DNA of 33,688 nucleotides, taken from the NCBI GenBank assembly GCA_025359355.1, contig JANYGR010000315.1, forward strand, positions 1 to 33,688, read 5' to 3'. Shown in pieces: positions 18,348 to 27,282 of the stretch (position 1 is its first letter; every line of letters starts with the position of its first letter). The position numbers were made by a program, and so were the translations under genes. The stretch comes from Bacteroidota bacterium (GTDB lineage: Bacteria; Bacteroidota; Bacteroidia; B-17B0; Aurantibacillaceae). A model generated the notes under the pieces. The model ran no database searches. It had not been told where the DNA came from and saw only the letters and a list, made by a program, of their open reading frames with translations.

Positions 18348-20012
18348 TTAAAATTGAAAATAAATAAACGGTTGCATTTCGCCACTAACTAATTGATAAA
18401 AACAAAATACAAATATGACCACCACTATACTCATAATAGGTAACGGTAAGTCTGCAAATTTATTACGGTAGGCTTCTTTAATCCGCTCTGGTATCCAATG
18501 AATTAAATAACCAATTGCCATAACTGAAAACACAACGGCATATCCTTTAATAATATTAAGTGTGAGTGCTGCTCCAAAATGGTTGTTGATCCTATCGAAA
18601 ATAAGGCTAACGGTTTCGAGGTTGTCGCTTCTAAAAAAAATACGTGTAAAGCTAATAAACGTTAGAGTTATCAAAACCAACATGCCTTTTACAAAAAATG
18701 AGTTCGTCTTTTTAAAGGGCGATATTTTTAGCCAAAGTTTATGTACAACTAATCCCAATCCGTTTAAGCCTCCCCAAATAATAAATAGCCATGAACTCCC
18801 GTGCCAGAAGCCTCCAAGCAGCATTGTTACTAATAAATTTACATTAGTATTAATGCTCTGTTTTACTTTTGGAAAAAAGTACGACAACAAAACAAATACA
18901 GTTGCTAAACATAACAAAACTAACAACAACCAAATTTTTCCTGTAAGTAATACTAACACAATGGATAAAAAAGCAATACAGATATATGAACCAATAGTGC
19001 CTTTTTTATTTCCTCCTAAAGGAATATATAAATAATCTTTAAGCCACGATGATAAAGAAATATGCCAGCGTTTCCAAAACTCGCTCACGTCTTGTGATTT
19101 GTAAGGTGATTTAAAATTTGTTTTTAATCTATAGCCTAACAATAACGCTACTCCAATGGCAATGTCTGTATAGCCACTGAAATCGGCATAAATTTGAAGA
19201 GAATATCCAAAAACACCAAACACAGTTTCTACACCTGAATAATAATTTGGGTTATCAAAAATACGATCGATATAATTAACGGCAATATAATCCGCTACAA
19301 TTTTTTTTCCTAAACCGTTGATGATCCAAAAAATAGCTAAGCCAAATTCTTTGCGCTTTAAATTATATGGTAAATATATTTGATACAAAAACTCGTTAGC
19401 CTTCACTATTGGCCCAGCCACTAAGTGCGGAAAGAAGCATACAAAAAAACCGTAATCAAAAATAGATTTAACAGGCGTTACTTTTTCACGATACATATCA
19501 ATGATGTATGAAATAGATTGAAAGGTGAAAAAAGATATTCCTACTGGTAATATTAATTTATCAATCGGATCTTTTGTTCCTAAAAATGTATTGCTAAACT
19601 GCGCGAAGTGATTAAAGAAATGAAAATCAGTTCCCGCTAATTGATTAGTGCTTTCGGTAAAAAAATAGGCATACTTAAAATAACACAGTAAACTTAAATT
19701 TATAATCATACTTATTGTTAAGTACATTTTTTTTCGGGCATCTGTTTTTGCTTGGTGTATCAGCCTTCCCCAGTTATAGTCGCTACAAATAGTGAAAATG
19801 AGTAATATTAAAAAAACACCGCTGGTTTTGTAATAAAAGAAAAAACTCACTAACAACAAATAAAACGTACGCAGTGTGTTTTTTTTATATAACAACGAAT
19901 AGATAGCCAATACAACGGCAAAGAATCCCCAAAAATACAGTTGCGTAAAAATCACAGGTTGTCCCTTCACATAAAGGAAACAGGATTTAAGATATGTTGT
20001 TATGTCATCCAT
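18348..20012 (-). CDS. MBOAT family O-acyltransferase (AlgI / PatA / DltB-like)
   Basis: Signature RWHISLSSWLKDYLYIPLGGN and a second His block GGFWHGSSWLFIIWGGLNG in a polytopic protein. I prefer the ATG at 20012 (MDDITTYL...). The track start at 20051 is a TTG lying inside a 16-bp hairpin. Confidence 0.9.
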   Translation of the reverse strand: MDDITTYLKSCFLYVKGQPVIFTQLYFWGFFAVVLAIYSLLYKKNTLRTFYLLLVSFFFYYKTSGVFLILLIFTICSDYNWGRLIHQAKTDARKKMYLTISMIINLSLLCYFKYAYFFTESTNQLAGTDFHFFNHFAQFSNTFLGTKDPIDKLILPVGISFFTFQSISYIIDMYREKVTPVKSIFDYGFFVCFFPHLVAGPIVKANEFLYQIYLPYNLKRKEFGLAIFWIINGLGKKIVADYIAVNYIDRIFDNPNYYSGVETVFGVFGYSLQIYADFSGYTDIAIGVALLLGYRLKTNFKSPYKSQDVSEFWKRWHISLSSWLKDYLYIPLGGNKKGTIGSYICIAFLSIVLVLLTGKIWLLLVLLCLATVFVLLSYFFPKVKQSINTNVNLLVTMLLGGFWHGSSWLFIIWGGLNGLGLVVHKLWLKISPFKKTNSFFVKGMLVLITLTFISFTRIFFRSDNLETVSLIFDRINNHFGAALTLNIIKGYAVVFSVMAIGYLIHWIPERIKEAYRNKFADLPLPIMSIVVVIFVFCFYQLVSGEMQPFIYFQF

Positions 20013-20041
20013 TTTATGACTCAAAAGACTAAAGAGATCGA

Positions 20042-20083
20042 AGAGAATCAAGAGACGACACAGATTACGTCTCTTGATTCTCT
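20042..20083 (-). promoter_or_regulatory. perfect 16-bp stem / 10-nt loop hairpin in the SGNH-MBOAT intergenic spacer
   Basis: AGAGAATCAAGAGACG (20042-57) pairs perfectly with CGTCTCTTGATTCTCT (20068-83). It lies 10 nt after the 20094 stop. The downstream minus-strand sequence is only moderately U-rich (UCGAUCUCUUUAGUCUUUUGAG). Confidence 0.5.
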
Positions 20084-20093
20084 GCTGTCCCTT

Positions 20094-21344
20094 TTATCTC
20101 TTCTGTCCTTCGTTTACTTTACTATTATATTTATAACTTCTATCAATGGCATCAAACATTAAACCAGCCAGTAGTTTATAGCCTCGTCCATTAAAATGCA
20201 CCTTGTCTTTTGCTGCTAATCCTGCTTTAAACCATTTATAAATAGATTTGTATCCACCCATCACCGCATATAAATCATACACTGCCGCTTTATGTTTTTC
20301 CATTAAATCAAACATGGCTTCTTCTGCCTTAATAGGACGTTTGTTAGATGTTTTGCGTTTGATATAATTATCCGTAGTCGTTGTAAATAAGATAGCACAA
20401 TGAGGGGCAGCTTTTTTTATTTGAGCAATTAAACTATCGTAGTTAGCAATAAATTCTTCCTTGGTGAAATTTTTACCTTGCGTATCATTAACGCCTAACG
20501 AAAAAATAACTAAGTCGGGAGGTATGCTTTTTAATTCGTTAACAAATTCGGTGCAACGTAAAAAAGAATTGCTACTTGCTCCGTTAACGCCCATTGCGGC
20601 ATAATAAAATCCAGGATTACTATTTTCAATACTAAAGCCTCTCAACATAAAATCACGATGATTTGTGTCTTTTCTAATCGCAACAAAATTTAAGGAGTCA
20701 ATATATGATTCGAAGGTAAACTCTGTATAACCTTTATCCTTAAAATCTTTTCTTTCAAATTGTAAGGTCGTTTCATGGTTAAGCGCTAATTCAAAACTCG
20801 GATTAAAATTATGATATACTTTTACTGAATTAAATGTTTTGTTGTGATTGTTGGGTAATAATTTAAAACCAAATGTTATTACGCTGTCGTTCGTAATACC
20901 TGCAATGCCAGCCATTCCCAAGTTATTACACATTTCTTTGGCTAATGCACAACGACATCTTTTCCAATGACCAGAAGTAAACGATCTAAAAAAATGAGGA
21001 CTGTTTGCGTGTACAATTGCAAACGGAAAAATAAATGTACCACCTCCTTCGTATTTATTTAATCCTTGAAAACCATCCATTAAAACTTCTGTCCAAAAAC
21101 CCGCTTGAATGTGCGAACCGCCATAATGAACTATATTTACTCGCTTTCGTTTACCTACTTTCAGTTCATCTATCTTTTTATAGAAATCCATAAATCGAGA
21201 ACTATCCTTGCTAAAATATAATTTACTTTGGTTAAGATTTATAAATGGTGGGAGTTGCGATTTTACTGTAGAGACAAGACTAAAGAGACATAAGACTAAA
21301 AAGGCTTTACTCACTATTTTAATTTCTATTTTAATTGTTTTCAT
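20094..21344 (-). CDS. SGNH/GDSL-like hydrolase or acyltransferase, exported
   Basis: 416 aa with signal peptide. Block I variant VHYGGSHIQAG, block III SLGVNDT, block V DKVHFNGRG (DxxH). Confidence 0.7.
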   Translation of the reverse strand: MKTIKIEIKIVSKAFLVLCLFSLVSTVKSQLPPFINLNQSKLYFSKDSSRFMDFYKKIDELKVGKRKRVNIVHYGGSHIQAGFWTEVLMDGFQGLNKYEGGGTFIFPFAIVHANSPHFFRSFTSGHWKRCRCALAKEMCNNLGMAGIAGITNDSVITFGFKLLPNNHNKTFNSVKVYHNFNPSFELALNHETTLQFERKDFKDKGYTEFTFESYIDSLNFVAIRKDTNHRDFMLRGFSIENSNPGFYYAAMGVNGASSNSFLRCTEFVNELKSIPPDLVIFSLGVNDTQGKNFTKEEFIANYDSLIAQIKKAAPHCAILFTTTTDNYIKRKTSNKRPIKAEEAMFDLMEKHKAAVYDLYAVMGGYKSIYKWFKAGLAAKDKVHFNGRGYKLLAGLMFDAIDRSYKYNSKVNEGQKR

Positions 21345-21395
21345 ATTGCCTGTATTGATCCCTGTATTCCCTTCAATCTCTATTGTCTTTTTAAT

Positions 21396-22844
21396 CTATT
21401 TTTTATTTTTCACAAACGCATTATAATCGTTAATCAACGAAGCATATAGCAATACAGCTATTTTGCGAGCGCCGCCTGAACTAAAATGAATGTAATCTTT
21501 TGCGCCAATTCCTTGCTCCACCCAGGTGAGCATACTGTTGTAGCCACCCATACAATTATACATATCAAAAAATGCGCAATCATATTCAAAAGCTGTTTTT
21601 TTAATGGCATCTCGCAAATTTTCCAATTGAGGATGCGTCACATAATCCGCTACTTCTTTCACACTCATATCTGCTGGACCAATAACGAGTATAGATGCTT
21701 GAGGCGCTAATTTTTTAATAGTGGCTATTTGTACTTTTAAATACAATCCAAAATTATCAGCCTGTTCTTTTGTTTTAATATATGGCAATGCGTTTCCTCC
21801 AAACTGAAGGATGATTAATTTTGTATTGAGGTAATCATAAAAATTTTTAAGCTGAGTGAAATTAATTTGATTAAAAAAAGTTCCTGAACTGCCTCGTAAT
21901 CCGAAATTATCTACCATGACTCCTTTTCCACTTTCGAGCGAAATACCATAAAAATCAGGGCTATCCTTGCCTTTAAATTTAAACTCATGTAATAAAGCTG
22001 GTTGATTCAAATTAAATTCTTTGATGTTAAAGTTTCCTCCACTTACTAATGAATCCGAATTATTTAACGAACCATTTTCATATAATTCCACATGGGTTTT
22101 GGTTTGTGCTCCCCCATAAAATAATTTTATTTTTTTATATGCACCAGCCTTCGCCCCACCATTCTTACTCGTCACTATTTTTACCCAAGCCGATTTATAC
22201 TGAGTCGTATCAGATAACGGCGCATAATTATTAAAACGAGTGAAGTGTGCTAATGCTCCAAAATTAGTATGCTTCACGCGCTTATCTTTACCAGCAAATA
22301 CACAATATCTATCCCAATTAGTACTCCACGACATTTTATTAACCACACTTGGTGCCACAGGCATAAACGACACGAGCCCTGGGCCTTCGCCACCATATAA
22401 GTTTTGTAATTTTAATCTCAGATAATCACTAATCCGATCGCCCTCTATTTGCGAATCACCATAATGGAGAATCCGAATACTTTTTTCTTCCTTATTGATG
22501 TTAGATAAGGAATTAAAAAAATTAGCTAAAGCACTTTTGGTTGCGTTTTTATATTGTATGCTTGTGTTTAATTTGACAGCGGTATCTTTTAATTCTATGG
22601 CTGTTATTTCCTCAACTTCCGAATTGCTTTCAGTCACCTTTTCTTCTGCATCTGCTAAAGCGATAATGGCTGAAATATCTTTTTTTACTTCTTTCTTAGC
22701 ACCAAAAAGCGAATGCACGGTTGGATAATGAATACTATATGATTCGGTAATATAAAAACCCTTCTCAGGAAACACCATACTTATAGCACCTAACATCATA
22801 AATGTTAATCCTAAAAAAAGTAATGTGTAAAACGGCTTATGCAT
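21396..22844 (-). CDS. SGNH/GDSL hydrolase or acyltransferase with N-terminal membrane anchor
   Basis: 482 aa. Block I ILHYGDSQIEGD, block II LQFGGNAL, block V DYIHFSSGG. N-terminal hydrophobic helix FYTLLFLGLTFMMLGAISMVF. Confidence 0.8.
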   Translation of the reverse strand: MHKPFYTLLFLGLTFMMLGAISMVFPEKGFYITESYSIHYPTVHSLFGAKKEVKKDISAIIALADAEEKVTESNSEVEEITAIELKDTAVKLNTSIQYKNATKSALANFFNSLSNINKEEKSIRILHYGDSQIEGDRISDYLRLKLQNLYGGEGPGLVSFMPVAPSVVNKMSWSTNWDRYCVFAGKDKRVKHTNFGALAHFTRFNNYAPLSDTTQYKSAWVKIVTSKNGGAKAGAYKKIKLFYGGAQTKTHVELYENGSLNNSDSLVSGGNFNIKEFNLNQPALLHEFKFKGKDSPDFYGISLESGKGVMVDNFGLRGSSGTFFNQINFTQLKNFYDYLNTKLIILQFGGNALPYIKTKEQADNFGLYLKVQIATIKKLAPQASILVIGPADMSVKEVADYVTHPQLENLRDAIKKTAFEYDCAFFDMYNCMGGYNSMLTWVEQGIGAKDYIHFSSGGARKIAVLLYASLINDYNAFVKNKK

Positions 22845-23034
22845 AGCTATTGTAATTCAATAAAGATGCAGATTTGTTTTTAGTGAGATTAATGGCCCGA
22901 AATTAGTTTTTCACAATATCCATGTAGATAACATCCTTCGATTTTCCTCTAAAATTATTCTAATGAAAAACTAAAAGATATAAACATGAGGACATCTCTA
23001 TTAAATAGATTAATGTAAATTAGCACTCTATAAT

Positions 23035-23667
23035 ATGCAAAAATTAGCAACGATTATTTCTACTATATTACACCCATTGTTAATGGCAACTTATGGTTGT
23101 TTGTTAGTGTTTTTCGGCTTATATAATAGTATTTATGCGGTTTATACGCCTTTCAAAACCAAAATTGCAATTATTTTAATAGTGTTTGTATTCACTTTTT
23201 TTATTCCTGTTTTAAATCTATTTATTCTTTTTAAATTAAAATACATATCTTCTATTAAGTTAGAAAACCGTCAAGAACGAGTTTTCCCCTTGATTATGAC
23301 AGCCTTTTGTTATTTTGGATTATTTTATCTGATATACGATTTTAATATTTGGCCTGCCGTTAAGTTATTTGTGTTAGGTGGTGGTTTATGTATTTTATTA
23401 ACTGCTATCATTTCTATGTGGTGGCAAATTAGCGCTCATTTAATTGGCATTGGAGGCGTATTCGGTGTGCTGCTTGCATTTTGTTATTATATGCAAATGC
23501 CTGTTTTTACAGCCATTTCTATCAGTGTGTTATTGGCTGGTATTATTGGGTTTGCACGTTTACAATTACGCGCTCATGTTCCTAGTCAGGTTTACGTTGG
23601 TTTTATCGTTGGTTGCGTAATGCAGTTTGGTTTATTTGGATTAGCTCAATTATTTAGATTTTTGTAA
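23035..23667 (+). CDS. polytopic membrane protein with PAP2-like C-terminal motifs
   Basis: 210 aa, about 6 hydrophobic segments. QISAHLIGIGG and ARLQLRAHVPSQV resemble PAP2 motifs C2 (SGH) and C3 (R-x5-H-x3-D, here ending in Q). The assignment is tentative. Confidence 0.45.
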   Translation: MQKLATIISTILHPLLMATYGCLLVFFGLYNSIYAVYTPFKTKIAIILIVFVFTFFIPVLNLFILFKLKYISSIKLENRQERVFPLIMTAFCYFGLFYLIYDFNIWPAVKLFVLGGGLCILLTAIISMWWQISAHLIGIGGVFGVLLAFCYYMQMPVFTAISISVLLAGIIGFARLQLRAHVPSQVYVGFIVGCVMQFGLFGLAQLFRFL

Positions 23668-23669
23668 TC

Positions 23670-24683
23670 ATGAATTTAATAACAGGAGCAACAGGATTAG
23701 TAGGCGCACATGTTGCATTGCAATTATTAAAACAACAAAAGCCTGTTATAGCTATAAAAAGATTGAACAGCGACGTTACGAAAACAAAAAAATTATTTTC
23801 CTACTACACCACAGATTACGAAAAACTGTTTCAACAAATTAAATGGATAGATGCCGACATCTGCGACATTTATGCTGTATTAGATGCTTTAGAAGGAATT
23901 GATACCGTGTATCATTGTGCTGGTTTTGTCTCATTCAACAAAAAAGACATTAAGCAATTATATAAAATTAATGCTGAAGGCACGGCAAATATTGTTAATG
24001 CTTGTTTAGAAAAAAACATTAAAACACTTTGTCACGTTAGCTCTATTGCTACTTTACAAAACCCTGACATTACTCAAAATATTGATGAATCGGTTTATTG
24101 GAAGTCATCTCCAAGCGCCAGTGATTATGCCATTAGTAAGTATAACGGGGAACGTGAAGTATGGCGCGGTATCGAAGAAGGTTTAAACGCTGTTATCATT
24201 AATCCAAGTATTATTTTAGGCCCAGGTTTTTGGAATCAAAGCTCCAGTAAATTAATCCCTACTTGTTACAAAGGCACACCCTTTTACACCAATGGTTCTA
24301 GCTCAACTGTAAATGCCATGGATGTTGCTAATTGCATGATTGCCCTTGTTACTAAAAACCTAACTGGGAAACGTTACATCATTTCCGAAAATAATTATTC
24401 GTTTAAAGAAATTGTTTCTACCATTCAAAAACAATTTAATAAAAAAGCACCACATATACATGCAGGCAAAACCTTATTAACGCTAGCTAAATGGGCAGAT
24501 TCGTTACGTCATTTATTTACAGGCAAAGAACAAATCATTACAACAAATATGATTCATTCGGTTTTGGAAGAAAACACGTATTCTAATGCTCGTATTATAA
24601 AGGCATTAGATTATACATTTATACCGTTCTCGGAAACAGTAACATTTATATGCAATGCTTACCTGAATGATTTAAAAAATTAA
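23670..24683 (+). CDS. NAD-dependent epimerase/dehydratase family (extended SDR) protein
   Basis: N-terminal ITGATGLVGAHV Rossmann motif and catalytic YAISKYNGE (YxxxK). 337 aa. Starts 2 nt after the upstream stop. Confidence 0.85.
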   Translation: MNLITGATGLVGAHVALQLLKQQKPVIAIKRLNSDVTKTKKLFSYYTTDYEKLFQQIKWIDADICDIYAVLDALEGIDTVYHCAGFVSFNKKDIKQLYKINAEGTANIVNACLEKNIKTLCHVSSIATLQNPDITQNIDESVYWKSSPSASDYAISKYNGEREVWRGIEEGLNAVIINPSIILGPGFWNQSSSKLIPTCYKGTPFYTNGSSSTVNAMDVANCMIALVTKNLTGKRYIISENNYSFKEIVSTIQKQFNKKAPHIHAGKTLLTLAKWADSLRHLFTGKEQIITTNMIHSVLEENTYSNARIIKALDYTFIPFSETVTFICNAYLNDLKN

Positions 24684-24688
24684 CACGC

Positions 24689-25921
24689 ATGTCAAAATTC
24701 ATTTATATATTCTTTGCTTTATTGCTCAATTTAGTGTTAGGAAATAAATGCACTACTTCACAAAAGGCTGTAAATAAAGGAGCAACAGAAGAAAAAAAGT
24801 CCTCGCCAATTAATCACACAACTACTGCGGTTTATGATTACACGCCAAGCATTCCTTACTTTCCCGATTCTATTTCTGAAATGACTATTAATTTAGTGGG
24901 AGATTTAATGTGTCATTTACCGCAAACAAACAATGCTAAATTACCTAATGGCGAATACGATTTTAATCCAAGTTTTGAATATATCAAACCTTATTTACAA
25001 GATGCCAATATCACCATCGGAAATCTAGAAACTACATTTGCTGGCACTACACAGCCTTATGCGGGCTATCCTGCATTTAATTCTCCAGATGCATACTGCA
25101 AAGCTATTAAAGAAGCTGGTTTTGATTTTTTAGTAACTGCTAATAACCATAGCATGGATACTAGAGAAGACGGGCTTTTACGCACTATCGATGTGATTAA
25201 AAAAAATGGATTAGGTTATGCGGGCACATATTTAAATCAACGCGATCACGACTCTATTCGAATTATACCTATTAAAGGAATTAAATTGGGGATATTAAAT
25301 TACACCTATGGCACCAATGGTGCATATCCTCATACAGATCATAAATACATGTTAAATGTTATTGATTCTGCAGGAATTACTAACGCAGTAAAATTGGCTA
25401 AACAAAATGGCGCCGATATTATTTTAGTATTTTATCACATGGGATTAGAAAATATTACTGAACCAACATTAGCACAAAAAGACGCTGTACGTTTTGCTTT
25501 GGATGCAGGCGCTACACTGGTAATCGGTGCGCATCCTCACGTTGTAGGCCCAACCAAAACACTTTATTCAAGTGCAATTAATGATACGGCTTTCGTAGCA
25601 TACTCATTAGGCAATTTTCTATCTAATCAGTATTGGAGATATACAGATGCTGGTGTTATTTTAAAACTCACTATTCAGAAAAATGTAACGAAAAATAAAA
25701 CCTCCTTCAAAAGCGCAAACTATTTGCCAACATGGGTTTATAGAGGAGATGGTAGTAAAAAAATGCACATCTTGTTTCCCGCTCAATGGGCAAATGATAG
25801 CACTAAATTACCCTTGTTTTTAAATGTTAGCCATAAACAAAAAATGGCAGAAGCTTTTGAAGACACAAAATCAATTATTACTAAATATAATCCTCATATT
25901 ACACTGAAAACTGTAAATTAA
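24689..25921 (+). CDS. CapA (PGA_cap) family metallophosphatase-like protein, exported
   Basis: Motifs LVGDLMCH, GNLETT, ANNHSMD and GAHPHV, with a signal peptide. 410 aa. Confidence 0.85.
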   Translation: MSKFIYIFFALLLNLVLGNKCTTSQKAVNKGATEEKKSSPINHTTTAVYDYTPSIPYFPDSISEMTINLVGDLMCHLPQTNNAKLPNGEYDFNPSFEYIKPYLQDANITIGNLETTFAGTTQPYAGYPAFNSPDAYCKAIKEAGFDFLVTANNHSMDTREDGLLRTIDVIKKNGLGYAGTYLNQRDHDSIRIIPIKGIKLGILNYTYGTNGAYPHTDHKYMLNVIDSAGITNAVKLAKQNGADIILVFYHMGLENITEPTLAQKDAVRFALDAGATLVIGAHPHVVGPTKTLYSSAINDTAFVAYSLGNFLSNQYWRYTDAGVILKLTIQKNVTKNKTSFKSANYLPTWVYRGDGSKKMHILFPAQWANDSTKLPLFLNVSHKQKMAEAFEDTKSIITKYNPHITLKTVN

Positions 25922-26028
25922 TTGGAATACTATAGTGTCTGAAAAAAAACATTAAAAAGTTTTGTGTATTTAGATAAAACCGTATCTTAGTCTATTATAA
26001 ACCAGACGATTTTTACAAAGAGAGAATT

Positions 26029-26646
26029 ATGCATATAGCAATTGCCGGAAATATTGGGTCAGGAAAAACAACGTTAACTTCATTACTAGCCAAACATTAT
26101 AAATGGACGCCTCATTATGAAGATGCTGACGATAACCCTTATCTGAATGACTTCTACGACGATATGCAACGTTGGTCTTTCAACCTACAAGTGTACTTCT
26201 TAAACTCTCGATTCGGACAGGTTCAAGAGATTAGACAAGGCAAACAAAAGGTGGTTCAGGATAGAACTATTTATGAAGATGCCTACATTTTTGCTCCAAA
26301 CTTACATGCGATGGGTTTAATGACAACCCGCGATTATGATAATTATTTTAACTTATTTAAATTAATGGATAGCTTGGTAAAAGCGCCTGATTTAATTATT
26401 TATTTACGTGCATCAGTTCCAACTTTAGTAAAACATATACAAAAGCGTGGCAGAGATTACGAAAACTCGATTCGTTTAGATTACTTAAAAAGACTAAATG
26501 AACGCTACGAAGCATGGGTTACTACTTACGAAGGTGGCAAAATGTTAATTGTAGATATCGACGAAATTAATTTTAGTGAAAGTAAAGAAGATTTAGGAAA
26601 AATAATTCGCATGATAGATGGCGAAGTAAACGGTTTATTTAAATAA
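26029..26646 (+). CDS. deoxynucleoside kinase
   Basis: P-loop IAIAGNIGSGKTTL, plus DRTIYED and LRAS...RGRDYE, as in the dNK/dCK/dGK family. 205 aa. Confidence 0.9.
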   Translation: MHIAIAGNIGSGKTTLTSLLAKHYKWTPHYEDADDNPYLNDFYDDMQRWSFNLQVYFLNSRFGQVQEIRQGKQKVVQDRTIYEDAYIFAPNLHAMGLMTTRDYDNYFNLFKLMDSLVKAPDLIIYLRASVPTLVKHIQKRGRDYENSIRLDYLKRLNERYEAWVTTYEGGKMLIVDIDEINFSESKEDLGKIIRMIDGEVNGLFK

Positions 26647-26655
26647 AAATTATAC

Positions 26656-27228
26656 TTGAGTTCATTTTCACATAGCGAAAAAGAGTTTGTTCATAATGAA
26701 TATGAGCAAAAGCTACATCAATTTAAAGATGCTCAAACAGTGCTTGTGTCTCATTATGGCATGCTTTCTCAGGATGTTATTTCTAAAATTGAAAGTGAAG
26801 TTGAAAACGTAGTATCCTTTTTAGAAATACCGAAAGGTCCTCTTAAAAAAATATTTTTTATTAGTGTAGAAACGCTTCAAAATATGCTCATACATGGGCA
26901 AAAAAGTGGCGAAGGAGACCAACCAAACTTCTTTATCGTTTCTAAAAACGGTGTGAAAATAGATATCGTCTCTGCTAATTTAGTAGGAAACAACTCTATA
27001 CCCGCTTTAGAAAAACAAATAGAAGTTATCAATTCATTTGAAGATGAAAAAGCCCTAAAAGCGTATTATTTAGAACACTTAGAAAACAATCAATTAAGTG
27101 ATAAAGGTGGGGCTGGCTTAGGTTTCATTACTATCGGTATGAAAAGTGGTAATAAATTAAAAGTAGAATTCAAGAAAATAAATGATAAAATGTCTTTATT
27201 CATTCTTAATTCTACTATTAGTCTTTAA
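26656..27228 (+). CDS. SiaB-like / GHKL-type small kinase-like protein
   Basis: 190 aa with a TTG start (no in-frame ATG nearby). The C-terminal SDKGGAGLGFITIGMKSG resembles the glycine-rich ATP-lid of SpoIIAB/SiaB-type serine kinases. This is a family call from memory, not from a search. Confidence 0.5.
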   Translation: MSSFSHSEKEFVHNEYEQKLHQFKDAQTVLVSHYGMLSQDVISKIESEVENVVSFLEIPKGPLKKIFFISVETLQNMLIHGQKSGEGDQPNFFIVSKNGVKIDIVSANLVGNNSIPALEKQIEVINSFEDEKALKAYYLEHLENNQLSDKGGAGLGFITIGMKSGNKLKVEFKKINDKMSLFILNSTISL

Positions 27229-27282
27229 TCTTTTTTGCTATTTCGTAAAGAACCAACAACCCGTATTTATCCTAACTAGTAA

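Noticed and set aside
18332-18385. N-terminal extension of the AhpD-like ORF (track start at 18385)
   Set aside because: It would overlap the MBOAT 3' end by 38 nt and add a non-conserved-looking peptide (MAKCNRLFIFNFKNQSTI). The internal ATG at 18331 gives MSKQIEEF... and a 16-nt spacer.
20013-20051. N-terminal extension of the MBOAT ORF (track start at 20051)
   Set aside because: The start codon there is TTG and lies inside the perfect 16-bp hairpin. The ATG at 20012 gives a conventional MBOAT N-terminus.
21349-21368. Direct repeat CCTGTATT-GATC-CCTGTATT in the spacer between the two SGNH genes
   Set aside because: Two 8-mers are too short to distinguish from chance, and no associated palindrome or promoter element was recognisable.
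1240-22728. Numerous 60-160-aa ORFs antisense to, or out of frame within, larger genes (e.g. 1240-1518, 2276-3283, 5667-7150, 7787-7996, 9538-9726, 10698-10898, 12366-12623, 14349-14600, 16745-16957, 17561-17914, 18562-19035, 19941-20162, 21208-21710, 22049-22728; also 28119-28427, 30984-31331, 32322-32513)
   Set aside because: All lie inside well-supported genes with clear family motifs. They have low-complexity or Leu/Ser/Ile/Phe/Lys-rich compositions typical of AT-rich shadow frames, and show no recognisable domains.
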